Source of the DNA: Edaphobacter aggregans
GTDB lineage: Bacteria; Acidobacteriota; Terriglobia; Terriglobales; Acidobacteriaceae
Direction of reading: 5' to 3'
DNA length: 32,000 nucleotides
Assembly: GCF_003945235.1 (NCBI RefSeq)
Contig: NZ_RSDW01000001.1
Location: 4,980,001-5,012,000 of the forward strand
Below are positions 23,962 to 32,000 of the stretch, piece by piece. The translations under genes were made by a program, and so were the position numbers. The notes beneath the pieces are model-generated. The model made no database searches. It saw only the letters and a list, made by a program, of their open reading frames with translations, and was not told the origin of the DNA. Within the stretch, counting starts at the first letter, position 1, and every line of letters begins with the position of its first letter.

Positions 23962-24571
23962 GTATCTGCGCTCCACTGCCAACATCCAGACACGGATACG
24001 GCTGCAGGTAGATCGCTACATGGGCGAAGAGGCTGACGGGTATTTACTCAGCCTTTATGGCGGTGATGCCGAGGTCGGCGCCATCGCCGCGGCGATCCAT
24101 GAGAAACATCCGTTCACACTGACGTTCCCCGACGGCAAAAGCAAGACGGTCAGCATGGGAGCGGATGCGTCCTGCTACCGCGGCAGCGTGGCGGTTCCCG
24201 GCCGCAAACAACCACTGCGTCATCTGGTCGCTGTCTCCCAAGCGCTTCATGCGAACGGAGCAGCAGGGAAGACCTACCTGCTCAATTACGAGCGATCACT
24301 GGCCTGGTCGGCACTAGTGAGCTTCCTCGGACTTCCGGCAGACCCGCGATGGGGTGCGGCGATGATGGATGTTCTGGAGCGAGAAGAAAAGGTGCAGGAG
24401 CTTGAGGGCATCGGCTGTCAGCCGGTAGTGATTCATGCCACGCGAAGCAGCCTGCTCGAGGCTGTATCGAGGGGTCTTGGACGGCGGGAGCTTTGCTTCC
24501 CGGAGGTCAACGGGCCTGTGTTCTGGCCTTCATTTCGCATCGGGGAGGCCTTGAATATTGGGAAGTTCTGA
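23927..24571 (+). CDS. Hypothetical 214-aa protein, overlapping and coupled to the methyltransferase gene
   Basis: GGAGG lies 6 nt upstream of ATG 23927. 35-nt overlap with the MTase CDS. No motif recognised. Confidence 0.6.
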   Translation: MQNAHLRLGQLEYLRSTANIQTRIRLQVDRYMGEEADGYLLSLYGGDAEVGAIAAAIHEKHPFTLTFPDGKSKTVSMGADASCYRGSVAVPGRKQPLRHLVAVSQALHANGAAGKTYLLNYERSLAWSALVSFLGLPADPRWGAAMMDVLEREEKVQELEGIGCQPVVIHATRSSLLEAVSRGLGRRELCFPEVNGPVFWPSFRIGEALNIGKF

Positions 24572-24691
24572 GTCTCGCATGAGGCGGTAGGTTTTCCAAG
24601 AGAATGCGGAGCGTTCCAATGCAGAGAAGAGCCATTTATCGGTGAGAGTTGGCTTGGTTCCACAAATCCGATTTCACATTCCCCAAATGAA

Positions 24692-24721
24692 TTGGCACTT
24701 TTAGTGTCAAGCGCGTATATC
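24692..24721 (+). promoter_or_regulatory. Candidate sigma70-type promoter for mcrBC
   Basis: TTGGCA - 18 nt - TATATC, about 80 nt upstream of the mcrB ATG. Pattern match only. Confidence 0.25.
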
Positions 24722-24800
24722 TTGACCGGCCTTTGTTGGTTGCTGCGCAGGGCGGTTATATTTGTAGCCCTACTCGAACTCCGAGCTGAGGTGAACCGTC

Positions 24801-26444
24801 ATGGCGGACGAAATCGGAGCATTTACGTGGACATCCTTTTATCAGGAGCTTGCGGACAAACTGGTACTGTACCGCGATCGCCAGGAAGAACTCATTTCTA
24901 TTCTGGAAACGCTGCGAGGCAAGAAATTAACGATTACTCCCTTCGAGGACAAAGATGAGACCGGTCGCCGTTTCGCGCTGACCATTATCGACCCCTTTAC
25001 ATTCTTCGGGACATTCAACCGTCGGATTGAAACCAACACACGGGTTGCGATTCTGCGAGAACTAAAGTCTATTTTCGACCTGTCCGCTGACGCGCCCTCC
25101 GACTTCACCGGAATCCCGGTATTGGACCCGCGCAATTCCTGGTTCTTGGTATGGAGTCACCTCCGAAAAGCTACAGATGTGCCGCAATTATGGGATGTGT
25201 TCGATAAGGCGCTTCTTCCAAACGCAATGCAAAATATTGAATTTGCCCGCGGATTCGATGCAGCAGTTCAAATCCGAAACGTCGATATAAACCTAACAAT
25301 GGGTTTGTTTTGGATTCGGCCATTTACCTTTCTCAGTTTCGACAGCAATAACCGCAAATTCTTAAACATCAAGCTTCCGAGGGAAGGTTTGTCCTTCGAG
25401 TTCTACCGTACGACGTTGGAAAGAATCAAAGCAGAACGGGACGAGGACTTTCCTCACATCTCCCGCTCAGCATGGCTCGCCGGCAATGAGCCGGTAGTTG
25501 GCACCACCCACGGGACACCCAGCGTTGCGAAGCCGAAAACAGCTGTACCCATTCAAGGCGCCTCCCAATACTCGGTGGCGGCCATGTTGGCGGAGGGCGT
25601 CTTCTTGGATGCACGTAGGATCGAAGAAGCGCTCCACCGTTGGAAGACTAAAAAAAACCTGATCCTGCAGGGGCCACCCGGTGTGGGGAAGACATTTGTG
25701 GCCGCGAAATTGGCCTACGCGCTTCTTGAAGAGCGGAAATCGTCCCGAGTGGAGGTGGTCCAATTCCATCCCTCATTCGCCTATGAAGATTTTGTTCGTG
25801 GATATCGTCCAACAGTTGAGGCGGGCAAATTCGAACTGATGGACGGTCCTCTACGTAAGATTTGCAAGCGAGCTGATAACGATCCTGAACAAAAGTATGT
25901 GCTGCTAATCGATGAGATCAACCGTGCCAATCTCTCGCAGGTCTTCGGTGAGCTATTGATGCTGCTGGAGAGTGACAAGCGTGGTGCGAACTACTCTGTT
26001 ACTCCCCTCTATCCTGCCCAAGAGGAAGAAAAGTTTCATGTCCCCGAGAATCTCTTTTTCATCGGAACAATGAACATCGCGGACCGTTCCCTCGCGCTGG
26101 TCGACTTTGCTCTGCGACGCCGGTTTGCCTTTCTCACCCTTGAGCCGAACTACGGATTGCCCTTTCGTACGTGGCTTGAGGAGCGCGGCATGAACAGTTT
26201 GCTCACAGAGAAGATCGTGCAGCGGATGACCGCACTCAACAGCCAGATCAGCAATGACTCTTTTCTTGGATCCGCGTACCAGGTCGGCCATAGTTTCTTT
26301 TGTCCTCCAGGTGATGATTTCTCAGAACTTGGCGACCAGTGGTACAGAGAAGTAATCGAGACGGAGATCGAGCCACTCTTACAGGAGTACTGGTTTGACA
26401 AGCGCGAGAACGCCAAATCGGCAACAGATGCTCTATTAGCGTGA
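24801..26444 (+). CDS. mcrB: McrB-family AAA+ GTPase subunit of a modification-dependent restriction system
   Basis: Walker A GPPGVGKT (nt 25671-25694), Walker B LLIDEINRANLSQVFGELLMLLE (from nt 25902), McrB signature FIGTMNIADRS (MNIADRS at nt 26070-26090) and ALRRRFAF. About 280-aa N-terminal domain of a different type. Confidence 0.9.
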   Translation: MADEIGAFTWTSFYQELADKLVLYRDRQEELISILETLRGKKLTITPFEDKDETGRRFALTIIDPFTFFGTFNRRIETNTRVAILRELKSIFDLSADAPSDFTGIPVLDPRNSWFLVWSHLRKATDVPQLWDVFDKALLPNAMQNIEFARGFDAAVQIRNVDINLTMGLFWIRPFTFLSFDSNNRKFLNIKLPREGLSFEFYRTTLERIKAERDEDFPHISRSAWLAGNEPVVGTTHGTPSVAKPKTAVPIQGASQYSVAAMLAEGVFLDARRIEEALHRWKTKKNLILQGPPGVGKTFVAAKLAYALLEERKSSRVEVVQFHPSFAYEDFVRGYRPTVEAGKFELMDGPLRKICKRADNDPEQKYVLLIDEINRANLSQVFGELLMLLESDKRGANYSVTPLYPAQEEEKFHVPENLFFIGTMNIADRSLALVDFALRRRFAFLTLEPNYGLPFRTWLEERGMNSLLTEKIVQRMTALNSQISNDSFLGSAYQVGHSFFCPPGDDFSELGDQWYREVIETEIEPLLQEYWFDKRENAKSATDALLA

Positions 26445-27532
26445 TGGACAGTACAAATACCGTTATGGACATCGCCACCGGCATTCCTGTTCGAAATGCC
26501 TGGTATCTTCTCCTCTACGCGTGGGACTTGGCAATGTGGCGTGATAACTGGAATGCCGAGTCGGAGGAGGCGCCACATCTACTTGGGCTACTTGCTAAGG
26601 TTTTAGCCAGGAACGCTCATGCTCTGCTGCGTCACCAGCTTCGCAGGTCATTCGTTCGGACATCTGCTCCCCTCCGTGGAATCCGCGGACGAATCGATTT
26701 CGCTGCCAGCCTGAAGCATCAGTCTTTCGAACGCGGGCGGGTAGATTGCATCTTTCCCGAGTTAAGCATCGATACAGTGCCTAACAGGATTCTCCGGTCG
26801 ACAATGTCTCGTCTCGCTTCGGAGCCGGCGCTCAGATCCCACAATCCCAAACTTGATGAGCAACTTCGCCACGAGCTCCGCAGCCTTGTACGAATGATGG
26901 ATGGGGTACGGATAATTTCTGTAACTGTTCGCGATTTTGCAAGCATACAGCTCGGCCGAAACGATAGAGACTATGCCGTTCCGATCGCGGTTTGCCGTCT
27001 AATCCACGCTTTGCGATTGCCTACGGAGAAATCAGGAGATGCAGCACTCGCTGCGCTCTTGCGCGACGAGATCAAGTTTCACGATCTTTTCGAGCGCTTC
27101 GTTCGCAATTTTTATGCACTCCATCTCAACGAATACTATCGCGTAAAAAGGGAAACACTGAAGTGGTTCGATGAGCTTGGTAGTGAGCTTGTCCCGGAAA
27201 TGCGCACCGACATGACGATCGTGGAGAGGGCTCCGCCCTGGAGGCGCACGATCATCGACACAAAGTATTCAATTGCCGCGCTGTCAAAACATCCACACGG
27301 CGATCAAAAATTCAAGTCCCAGAATCTATACCAGATCTACACCTACTTACGGACCCAGGAGAACTTGAGTGATGCCCACCGGTGCGCTGGTGGATTGCTT
27401 TTATACCCCACTAATGGCTACGACGTTCGTGGTGCAATGCTGGTCCAAGGTCACCGTGTCGCTGTCGCAACAGTAAATCTCGGTCAGCCCTGGCAGAATA
27501 TCGAACATCAATTGCTCAGTCTGATCGGTTGA
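26444..27532 (+). CDS. mcrC: McrC-family nuclease subunit
   Basis: The ATG overlaps the mcrB stop (TGATG at 26442-26446). PD-(D/E)xK-type RTDMTIV ... IIDTKYS (nt 27209-27265) followed by QNLYQIYTY, as in McrC. Confidence 0.85.
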   Translation: MDSTNTVMDIATGIPVRNAWYLLLYAWDLAMWRDNWNAESEEAPHLLGLLAKVLARNAHALLRHQLRRSFVRTSAPLRGIRGRIDFAASLKHQSFERGRVDCIFPELSIDTVPNRILRSTMSRLASEPALRSHNPKLDEQLRHELRSLVRMMDGVRIISVTVRDFASIQLGRNDRDYAVPIAVCRLIHALRLPTEKSGDAALAALLRDEIKFHDLFERFVRNFYALHLNEYYRVKRETLKWFDELGSELVPEMRTDMTIVERAPPWRRTIIDTKYSIAALSKHPHGDQKFKSQNLYQIYTYLRTQENLSDAHRCAGGLLLYPTNGYDVRGAMLVQGHRVAVATVNLGQPWQNIEHQLLSLIG

Positions 27533-27700
27533 TTCAATGTTTCAACTGTCAAGATGATCATCTCTAGAGGTCTTGGATCATTTACGAAGTCCTGGCATCA
27601 TCAGATGAGTATCCTCTCCAACGCTTAGAAAGCTCCCCTATCGAGGCCATCCCAACGCTGGCCTTTTCTTTTGCTGATTCGCGCTTTCAGGAGCCCCATC

Positions 27701-29989
27701 GTGGAAACATATTTTGACTATCTACGCGCTATGGCGCATGCGCTCGGGGATCGTATCGTTCAAACTTACCCGGCATTACAGACGCCTAAAGACGCACCCG
27801 CAGTGGCGCTGAAAACATTGTTGCGCAGGCCTCTGCCGGCGCAGGCGCTGGCGATCACTGGCCTTGCAAAGTATCTCAAAACCTCACGATCCGCGCGGAT
27901 CGTGGCTGAGTGCGGTGCAGGGAAGACCTTCATGTCGTTGGGCACGATGCATGTGCACGCCGGTGCGAGGCCATACACCGCTCTAGTGATGTGCCCGCCT
28001 CACATCGTACATAAGTGGGCGCGCGAAGCCCTGTTGACCGTGCCTCATGCCCGGGCGTTTATCGTCGAGGATCTGCGCAATGGTGGCGATCCGAAGAACA
28101 GCCACGGCATCGTTGAAGTGAAGCTCGATAAGGGACAGACTGTCGTTCGGGGTATCACGACCACGCTGTCAAAGCTCCGCTGCATGGGACGGAAGGGATG
28201 GAGGGAAAAGTGCCCGCAGCCCGCATTCTTCATTATGGGCAAGGAGAAGGGCAAACTCGGCTACTTCTGGAAGCACGCCTTTGCCGTAGCAAAGTCTGGA
28301 CCGGAGTTGGGCGGGTTAATTAACCCCGATACAGGGCACGCCGTCGCGTCGAAGGATGGAGGTTACCTGAGCACCCTAGACCTGCGCGATGAGAAGTTCA
28401 ACGAGAGTTACACGGCAGGAAAGGAAGGAACGACTCGTTTTTCACCCCTGTGGCAGGCAGATCGCGAGAAGATCCAGCGCATGGCTCCGCTCGAGTTCGT
28501 GGGCAGGTACATGAAGGGCTGGTGGGACTATGCGGTCGCCGATGAACTGCATCAGCTCGCGGGTGACACCGCCCAGGGTAATGGTCTCGGTGTCCTGGCT
28601 CGCTGCTCGGAAAAGCTGATTGCTCTTACCGGGACTCTTATGGGCGGCTACGCCGATGATCTCTACAACATCTTCTACCGCATGGAACCGTGGCAGATGG
28701 TGAAGGCGGGATACGAGGCTGGCAGTCAGGGGCGCCGGGACTTTCAGGAGCAGTATGGCGTACTGGAGACAGTCGAAAAAGTGCGGCAGTACGATAACGC
28801 CTGCTCGAAGGCACAGAAGCGGACTGTGCAGGTTCTCCGCAAGCCGGGGGCCTCGCCGCTTCTATTCGGCAAGTACCTGATGGAGTCGACGGCGTTCATT
28901 ACGCTTGAGGACATCTCCGATCAGCTGCCGGCGTACGAGGAGACGGTTCTCTCGGTCGAGATGGGTGAGACCCTCGCGAAGGCGTACGGGTCGATCGAGG
29001 CCGACATCACCGAGGCGATGAAGGCGCATCGCGGCAACAAGAGCCTGATGAGCGTAATGCTCAACACGTTGTTGTTGTACCCCGACCATCCCTACGGTAT
29101 CGGGCCGATCTTCGGGAAGACGTACGACCCGAAGGAAGGCCGCATGGTGCCATTCTTCGTCACCGAGCCAGCGGATCTTCCGGAGGCCGACACCTACGCC
29201 AAGGAACAGTGCCTCATCGAAGATATCCGGGAGGAGCTGCGGCAGGGCAGGCGGTGCCAGGTCTACGCGACATTCACCGGCAAGCACGATGTGACCGGTC
29301 GGCTGGCGCAAGTGCTTCAGCAGGCAGGTTTTTGGGTGGCTGTTCTTCGTTCTGCGGTTCCCACCGACAAGCGGGAGGCGTGGTATGAGCGACAGCTGCG
29401 GGCGGGCGTTGAGGTGGTCATCTGTCACCCTAGGTTGGTGGAAACCGGGCTCGATCTGCTTGCCTTTCCGACCCTCTACTTCTACGAAACGGGATACTCG
29501 CTCCACACGCTGCGGCAGGCAAGCCGCAGGTCGTGGCGGATCGGGCAGAAATACCCGGTTCGGGTAAAGTTCCTGGCTTACCGGTCTACGATGCAGGAGA
29601 CCTGCGTCCGCCACATGGGCAAGAAGATGCTGGTCGCGCTCATGATGGAAGGGAAGTTCTCCGGCGAAGGGCTGCAATCGCTTGATGCCAACGAAGACCT
29701 GCTGACCGCCATGGCCCGCGAGCTCGTGGAAGAGGGAGGCGTCGGAGAATCGGCCGACGCGGTGTGGAAGGATTTGGAACGGGAACGGGCCAAGCACGCT
29801 CCGCCCGCAGTCGAAAGGCCTCCGGTAGCGCTGGATCCGACCGAAGCTGCGATACGGCAGATTTCGGCGGAGACCGCTGCGCCTCTGGGACCGCAGCTCG
29901 TCCACTCCGCACCATGGCCGAAACAGAAGGAGAATCCGATCTGGCCTACCGGACACATGGTAGGCGAACAGATGAGGCTCTTCGGCTGA
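27701..29989 (+). CDS. SNF2-like superfamily-2 helicase/ATPase
   Basis: GTG 27701 with AGGAG 8 nt upstream; the ORF track starts at TTG 27671. Motif I AECGAGKT (nt 27905-27928), Ia VMCPPHIVHKW, II DELH (nt 28541-28552), III ALTGTLMGG, VI QASRRSWRIGQ (nt 29516-29548). Confidence 0.85.
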   Translation: METYFDYLRAMAHALGDRIVQTYPALQTPKDAPAVALKTLLRRPLPAQALAITGLAKYLKTSRSARIVAECGAGKTFMSLGTMHVHAGARPYTALVMCPPHIVHKWAREALLTVPHARAFIVEDLRNGGDPKNSHGIVEVKLDKGQTVVRGITTTLSKLRCMGRKGWREKCPQPAFFIMGKEKGKLGYFWKHAFAVAKSGPELGGLINPDTGHAVASKDGGYLSTLDLRDEKFNESYTAGKEGTTRFSPLWQADREKIQRMAPLEFVGRYMKGWWDYAVADELHQLAGDTAQGNGLGVLARCSEKLIALTGTLMGGYADDLYNIFYRMEPWQMVKAGYEAGSQGRRDFQEQYGVLETVEKVRQYDNACSKAQKRTVQVLRKPGASPLLFGKYLMESTAFITLEDISDQLPAYEETVLSVEMGETLAKAYGSIEADITEAMKAHRGNKSLMSVMLNTLLLYPDHPYGIGPIFGKTYDPKEGRMVPFFVTEPADLPEADTYAKEQCLIEDIREELRQGRRCQVYATFTGKHDVTGRLAQVLQQAGFWVAVLRSAVPTDKREAWYERQLRAGVEVVICHPRLVETGLDLLAFPTLYFYETGYSLHTLRQASRRSWRIGQKYPVRVKFLAYRSTMQETCVRHMGKKMLVALMMEGKFSGEGLQSLDANEDLLTAMARELVEEGGVGESADAVWKDLERERAKHAPPAVERPPVALDPTEAAIRQISAETAAPLGPQLVHSAPWPKQKENPIWPTGHMVGEQMRLFG

Positions 29990-30095
29990 TTGGGTGCTAA
30001 CTGGAGAGGGTAAGACCTAAAAGGGTACCGCTTTCAATTTCAACAGCAGCGATAGCTGAGCTAACAAGAGAATCAGCCAAAAGAATCAACAGACT

Positions 30096-30116
30096 CGCCC
30101 GTACTGGGCGTTTTTT
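30096..30116 (+). terminator. Rho-independent terminator after the helicase gene
   Basis: CGCCC-GTACT-GGGCG followed by TTTTTT. A second hairpin AAGAGCC...GGCTCTT lies at 30125-30151. Confidence 0.6.
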
Positions 30117-30179
30117 GTCGTTTTAAGAGCCTGGCCGCGTGCCGGGCTCTTTCCATTTCCGCTCCAAAGGAGATTCGCT

Positions 30180-30854
30180 ATGGCTACATCTGCATCCCCG
30201 CAAGGGCCCGTGCTGCCGTTCGCGCTATCACACGAAAAGAAAGCTGCCTCAGGATCAATCGCCAGCGATCACTCACTCCTCGAAATTGATCGTGAGTTGG
30301 ACATGCTCTTCGACAAGATGCAGGACGAACTGGAAGAGACAGGCGAAGCCAGTCCTGAGAGCATCGAACGGTTTCACTCGTTTTGTGATGCATACGGCGA
30401 GAAGGTCGATCGCATCGGCCGGTTCATTCGCGTCATGGAGGCTCGTACAGCCTATTGCAAGGCCGAGGCGGCTCGACTCGTTGCGAGAGGCAAGATTGCC
30501 GAGAACAAGGTTGAACAGACCAAGTTGCTCATTCTCTACTACCTGCAAAGCCGCGAGATTACTAGGATGGAAGGGAAGCAGTTCACCCTCCGCTGCCAGA
30601 AGAACTCGCAGGACTCGGTGCGCATCAGCGATCCCGAACTGATTCCGTTGCGACTAAAGCGAATTGAGGCCCACTTCGACGGTGGCACCTGGGAACGCAT
30701 CGTTGCGGCGCTCCCGGATGAACTGAAATCCATCCTGAACGCGAGTGTTCAGGACATCATTCCGATGAATGACGCAATCAAGCAGGCCTTCGCTCAGGGA
30801 GATGCAGTCGATGGAGCGACAGTTACACGGGGGCATCACGTCCGGGTTGCATGA
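30180..30854 (+). CDS. Siphovirus Gp157-like protein
   Basis: AAAGGAG RBS. A long helical N-terminus (LLEIDRELDMLFDKMQDELEETGE...KVDRIGRFIRVMEARTAYCKAEAARLVARGKIAENKVEQTKLLILYYL) is followed by GKQFTLRCQKNSQDSVRISDPELIP. This is the Gp157-family layout as I remember it. Confidence 0.55.
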   Translation: MATSASPQGPVLPFALSHEKKAASGSIASDHSLLEIDRELDMLFDKMQDELEETGEASPESIERFHSFCDAYGEKVDRIGRFIRVMEARTAYCKAEAARLVARGKIAENKVEQTKLLILYYLQSREITRMEGKQFTLRCQKNSQDSVRISDPELIPLRLKRIEAHFDGGTWERIVAALPDELKSILNASVQDIIPMNDAIKQAFAQGDAVDGATVTRGHHVRVA

Positions 30855-31666
30855 GGTGATTCTCGATGGGACGAGGTGGGTAGCATGGATCCTTTGCGCA
30901 GATCATTGAAGACGCGAAAGACCGTGTTCTGGCCCGCCGCGTCGAAAGCGGGGGTACATCAAGGAGATATACGAAACTTGCATGCGCTGTGCGACTTTGT
31001 ACTTATAGCCTCCGTGAGTGGCTACACCTCCCTGAGGCGGGAGAATCGTATCATTGAATGGCGAAGTTAAGGCGAAGATGGTAATGAGTATGGTTGCACT
31101 TTTGCGGTCCCGAATTGAAGCGTCTTTGGCTGGCCGTATTCCTTCCACCTCGACTCCGCGCCCTAAGCGCTAACTGGAATCGTTATCCTGCGGCCTAAAT
31201 GAGATAGATTGCCTCAGCGCATTTCCACGGGGAACATTAGCGGAAACATGCGGGTCGAAAAGCACGGGTGGACCAGTCTGGTGCACGGTCTGTTGGCTGC
31301 CTGCGTTTGCCGCAAGAGATGGCAGCGCCTTACGCCGATCTTCTTCCGTAAGCGATCGACAACTCGGCGGAACTTTCTCAAGGGCTCAAGTTCCAACTCA
31401 AAGACCTGGGTTATGAGTTCCCGCTCATATTCTCGCCTCAACGGATTACGACACGTGCATTGAGGAATACGAGCCTAGCGATTTCGCCATCACGTACCTA
31501 TACAAGCGATATCTGCGACTTCCGGAAGGAATTCGCTAGTCCTTGGCGAGGGACGGCACCATGTGGGAAGAACAATGGTAGTCAACTACGATTAGGATAA
31601 TGACGAACGCCTCTGATGTGATGAAACTTGCTGCCGTTACAATTGAGTCCGGACTCGGAAAGATTG

Positions 31667-32000
31667 ATGCCACGTATATTCGACAACATCGAGTCTAATC
31701 TGCTTCCCGCGCTGCGGACGACGCTGAACGTTGCTGACCGCTCTGATTTTTGTGTCGGCTATTTCAATTTGCGCGGGTGGAAGGCCATTGATGATCTCAT
31801 CGAAAAATGGCCAGGGGGGCCCGGAAAACAGTGCCGGCTTCTCGTCGGCATGCAACGGCCGCCGCATGAAGAACTGCGTGCGGCTTTTAGCCTTATTCCT
31901 GGCGATGACAAATTAGACAACCAAACCGTCGCACGCTTGAAGAAACGCTTGGCTGAAGACTTCCGAAGCCAGCTTACTTTTGGAGTGCCAACGAATGCGG
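31667..32000 (+). CDS. 5' end of a gene running off the window; N-terminus resembles PLD-like-domain helicase-related proteins
   Basis: My own translation from ATG 31667 is [66 protein letters not shown]...LTFGVPTNA. There is no stop to position 32000, which is why it is absent from the ORF track. The FDN...[12 protein letters not shown]...RLLVGM pattern is what I recall from N-terminal PLD-type domains fused to SF2 helicases. Confidence 0.55.
   Translation, partial: MPRIFDNIESNLLPALRTTLNVADRSDFCVGYFNLRGWKAIDDLIEKWPGGPGKQCRLLVGMQRPPHEELRAAFSLIPGDDKLDNQTVARLKKRLAEDFRSQLTFGVPTNA

Larger units (their letters stand above)
1..32000. mobile_element. Internal segment of a conjugative element (ICE or conjugative plasmid) carrying accessory/defence cargo; no boundaries inside the window
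   Basis: T4SS component, type IV coupling protein and replication-relaxation protein co-occur at 0.5-5.5 kb. A primase-polymerase/SSB/Rad52-like module lies at 9.5-12.8 kb and a methyltransferase + SNF2-like helicase at 22.9-30 kb. No integrase, att repeat or tRNA seen. Confidence 0.55.

Noticed and set aside
28862-29956. 364-aa minus-strand ORF inside the helicase gene
   Set aside because: It is antisense to helicase motifs III-VI, R/P-rich, and has no motif.
22903-32000. Interpreting MTase + SNF2-like helicase + PLD/helicase-like gene as a DISARM- or BREX-type system
   Set aside because: No DUF1998, PglZ, PglX-size methyltransferase or Lon-like component is visible. The genes are interrupted by McrBC, terminators and a decayed region.
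1-32000. Search for CRISPR arrays, tRNA/rRNA genes, IS elements, long direct or inverted repeats marking element ends
   Set aside because: None was found by eye. Only short local repeats and hairpins were seen. A computational repeat and tRNA scan could still reveal things I missed.

Overview
All calls come from reading the ORF translations and the DNA by eye. No homology search, HMM, structure prediction or statistics were run.

The window looks like an internal piece of a conjugative element (ICE or plasmid). The host appears to be a Gram-negative bacterium of roughly 58-60% GC, possibly Acidobacteriota-like, though that guess is low confidence. No element boundary, integrase, tRNA, rRNA, CRISPR array or IS element was seen.

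Layout:
- 1-5.5 kb: a transfer module. It holds a VirB9/TrbG-like protein, a small membrane protein, a type IV coupling protein, a membrane coiled-coil protein and a replication-relaxation-family protein.
- 5.8-8.7 kb, minus strand: envelope cargo, made of an outer-membrane beta-barrel protein and a large secreted Cys-rich protein.
- 9-13.2 kb: a phage-like replication and recombination module. It runs AEP primase-polymerase, unknown, SSB, Rad52-type annealing protein, then a small Cys-rich protein.
- 13.2-14.0 kb: a hairpin-rich, poorly coding gap.
- 14.0-22.7 kb: the most unusual part, two convergent two-gene units.
  - Plus strand: a 1463-aa protein (lipobox-like signal, HEAT-like solenoid, TM segment, NACHT NTPase, coiled coil, unknown C-terminal domain) with a translationally coupled secreted 195-aa partner.
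  - Minus strand: a 591-aa protein with a PD-(D/E)xK-like core, followed by a membrane-anchored protein that joins an unknown beta-rich module to a caspase-like (clan CD) peptidase domain.
- 22.9-30 kb: an NPPY DNA methyltransferase, an overlapping unknown ORF, a lower-GC McrBC cassette and an SNF2-like helicase.
- 30.2-32 kb: a Gp157-like protein, an ~800-bp decayed region, and the 5' end of a gene whose N-terminus resembles PLD-domain helicases.

The 14.0-22.7 kb block is my candidate for an undescribed NLR/caspase-type defence or cell-death system.
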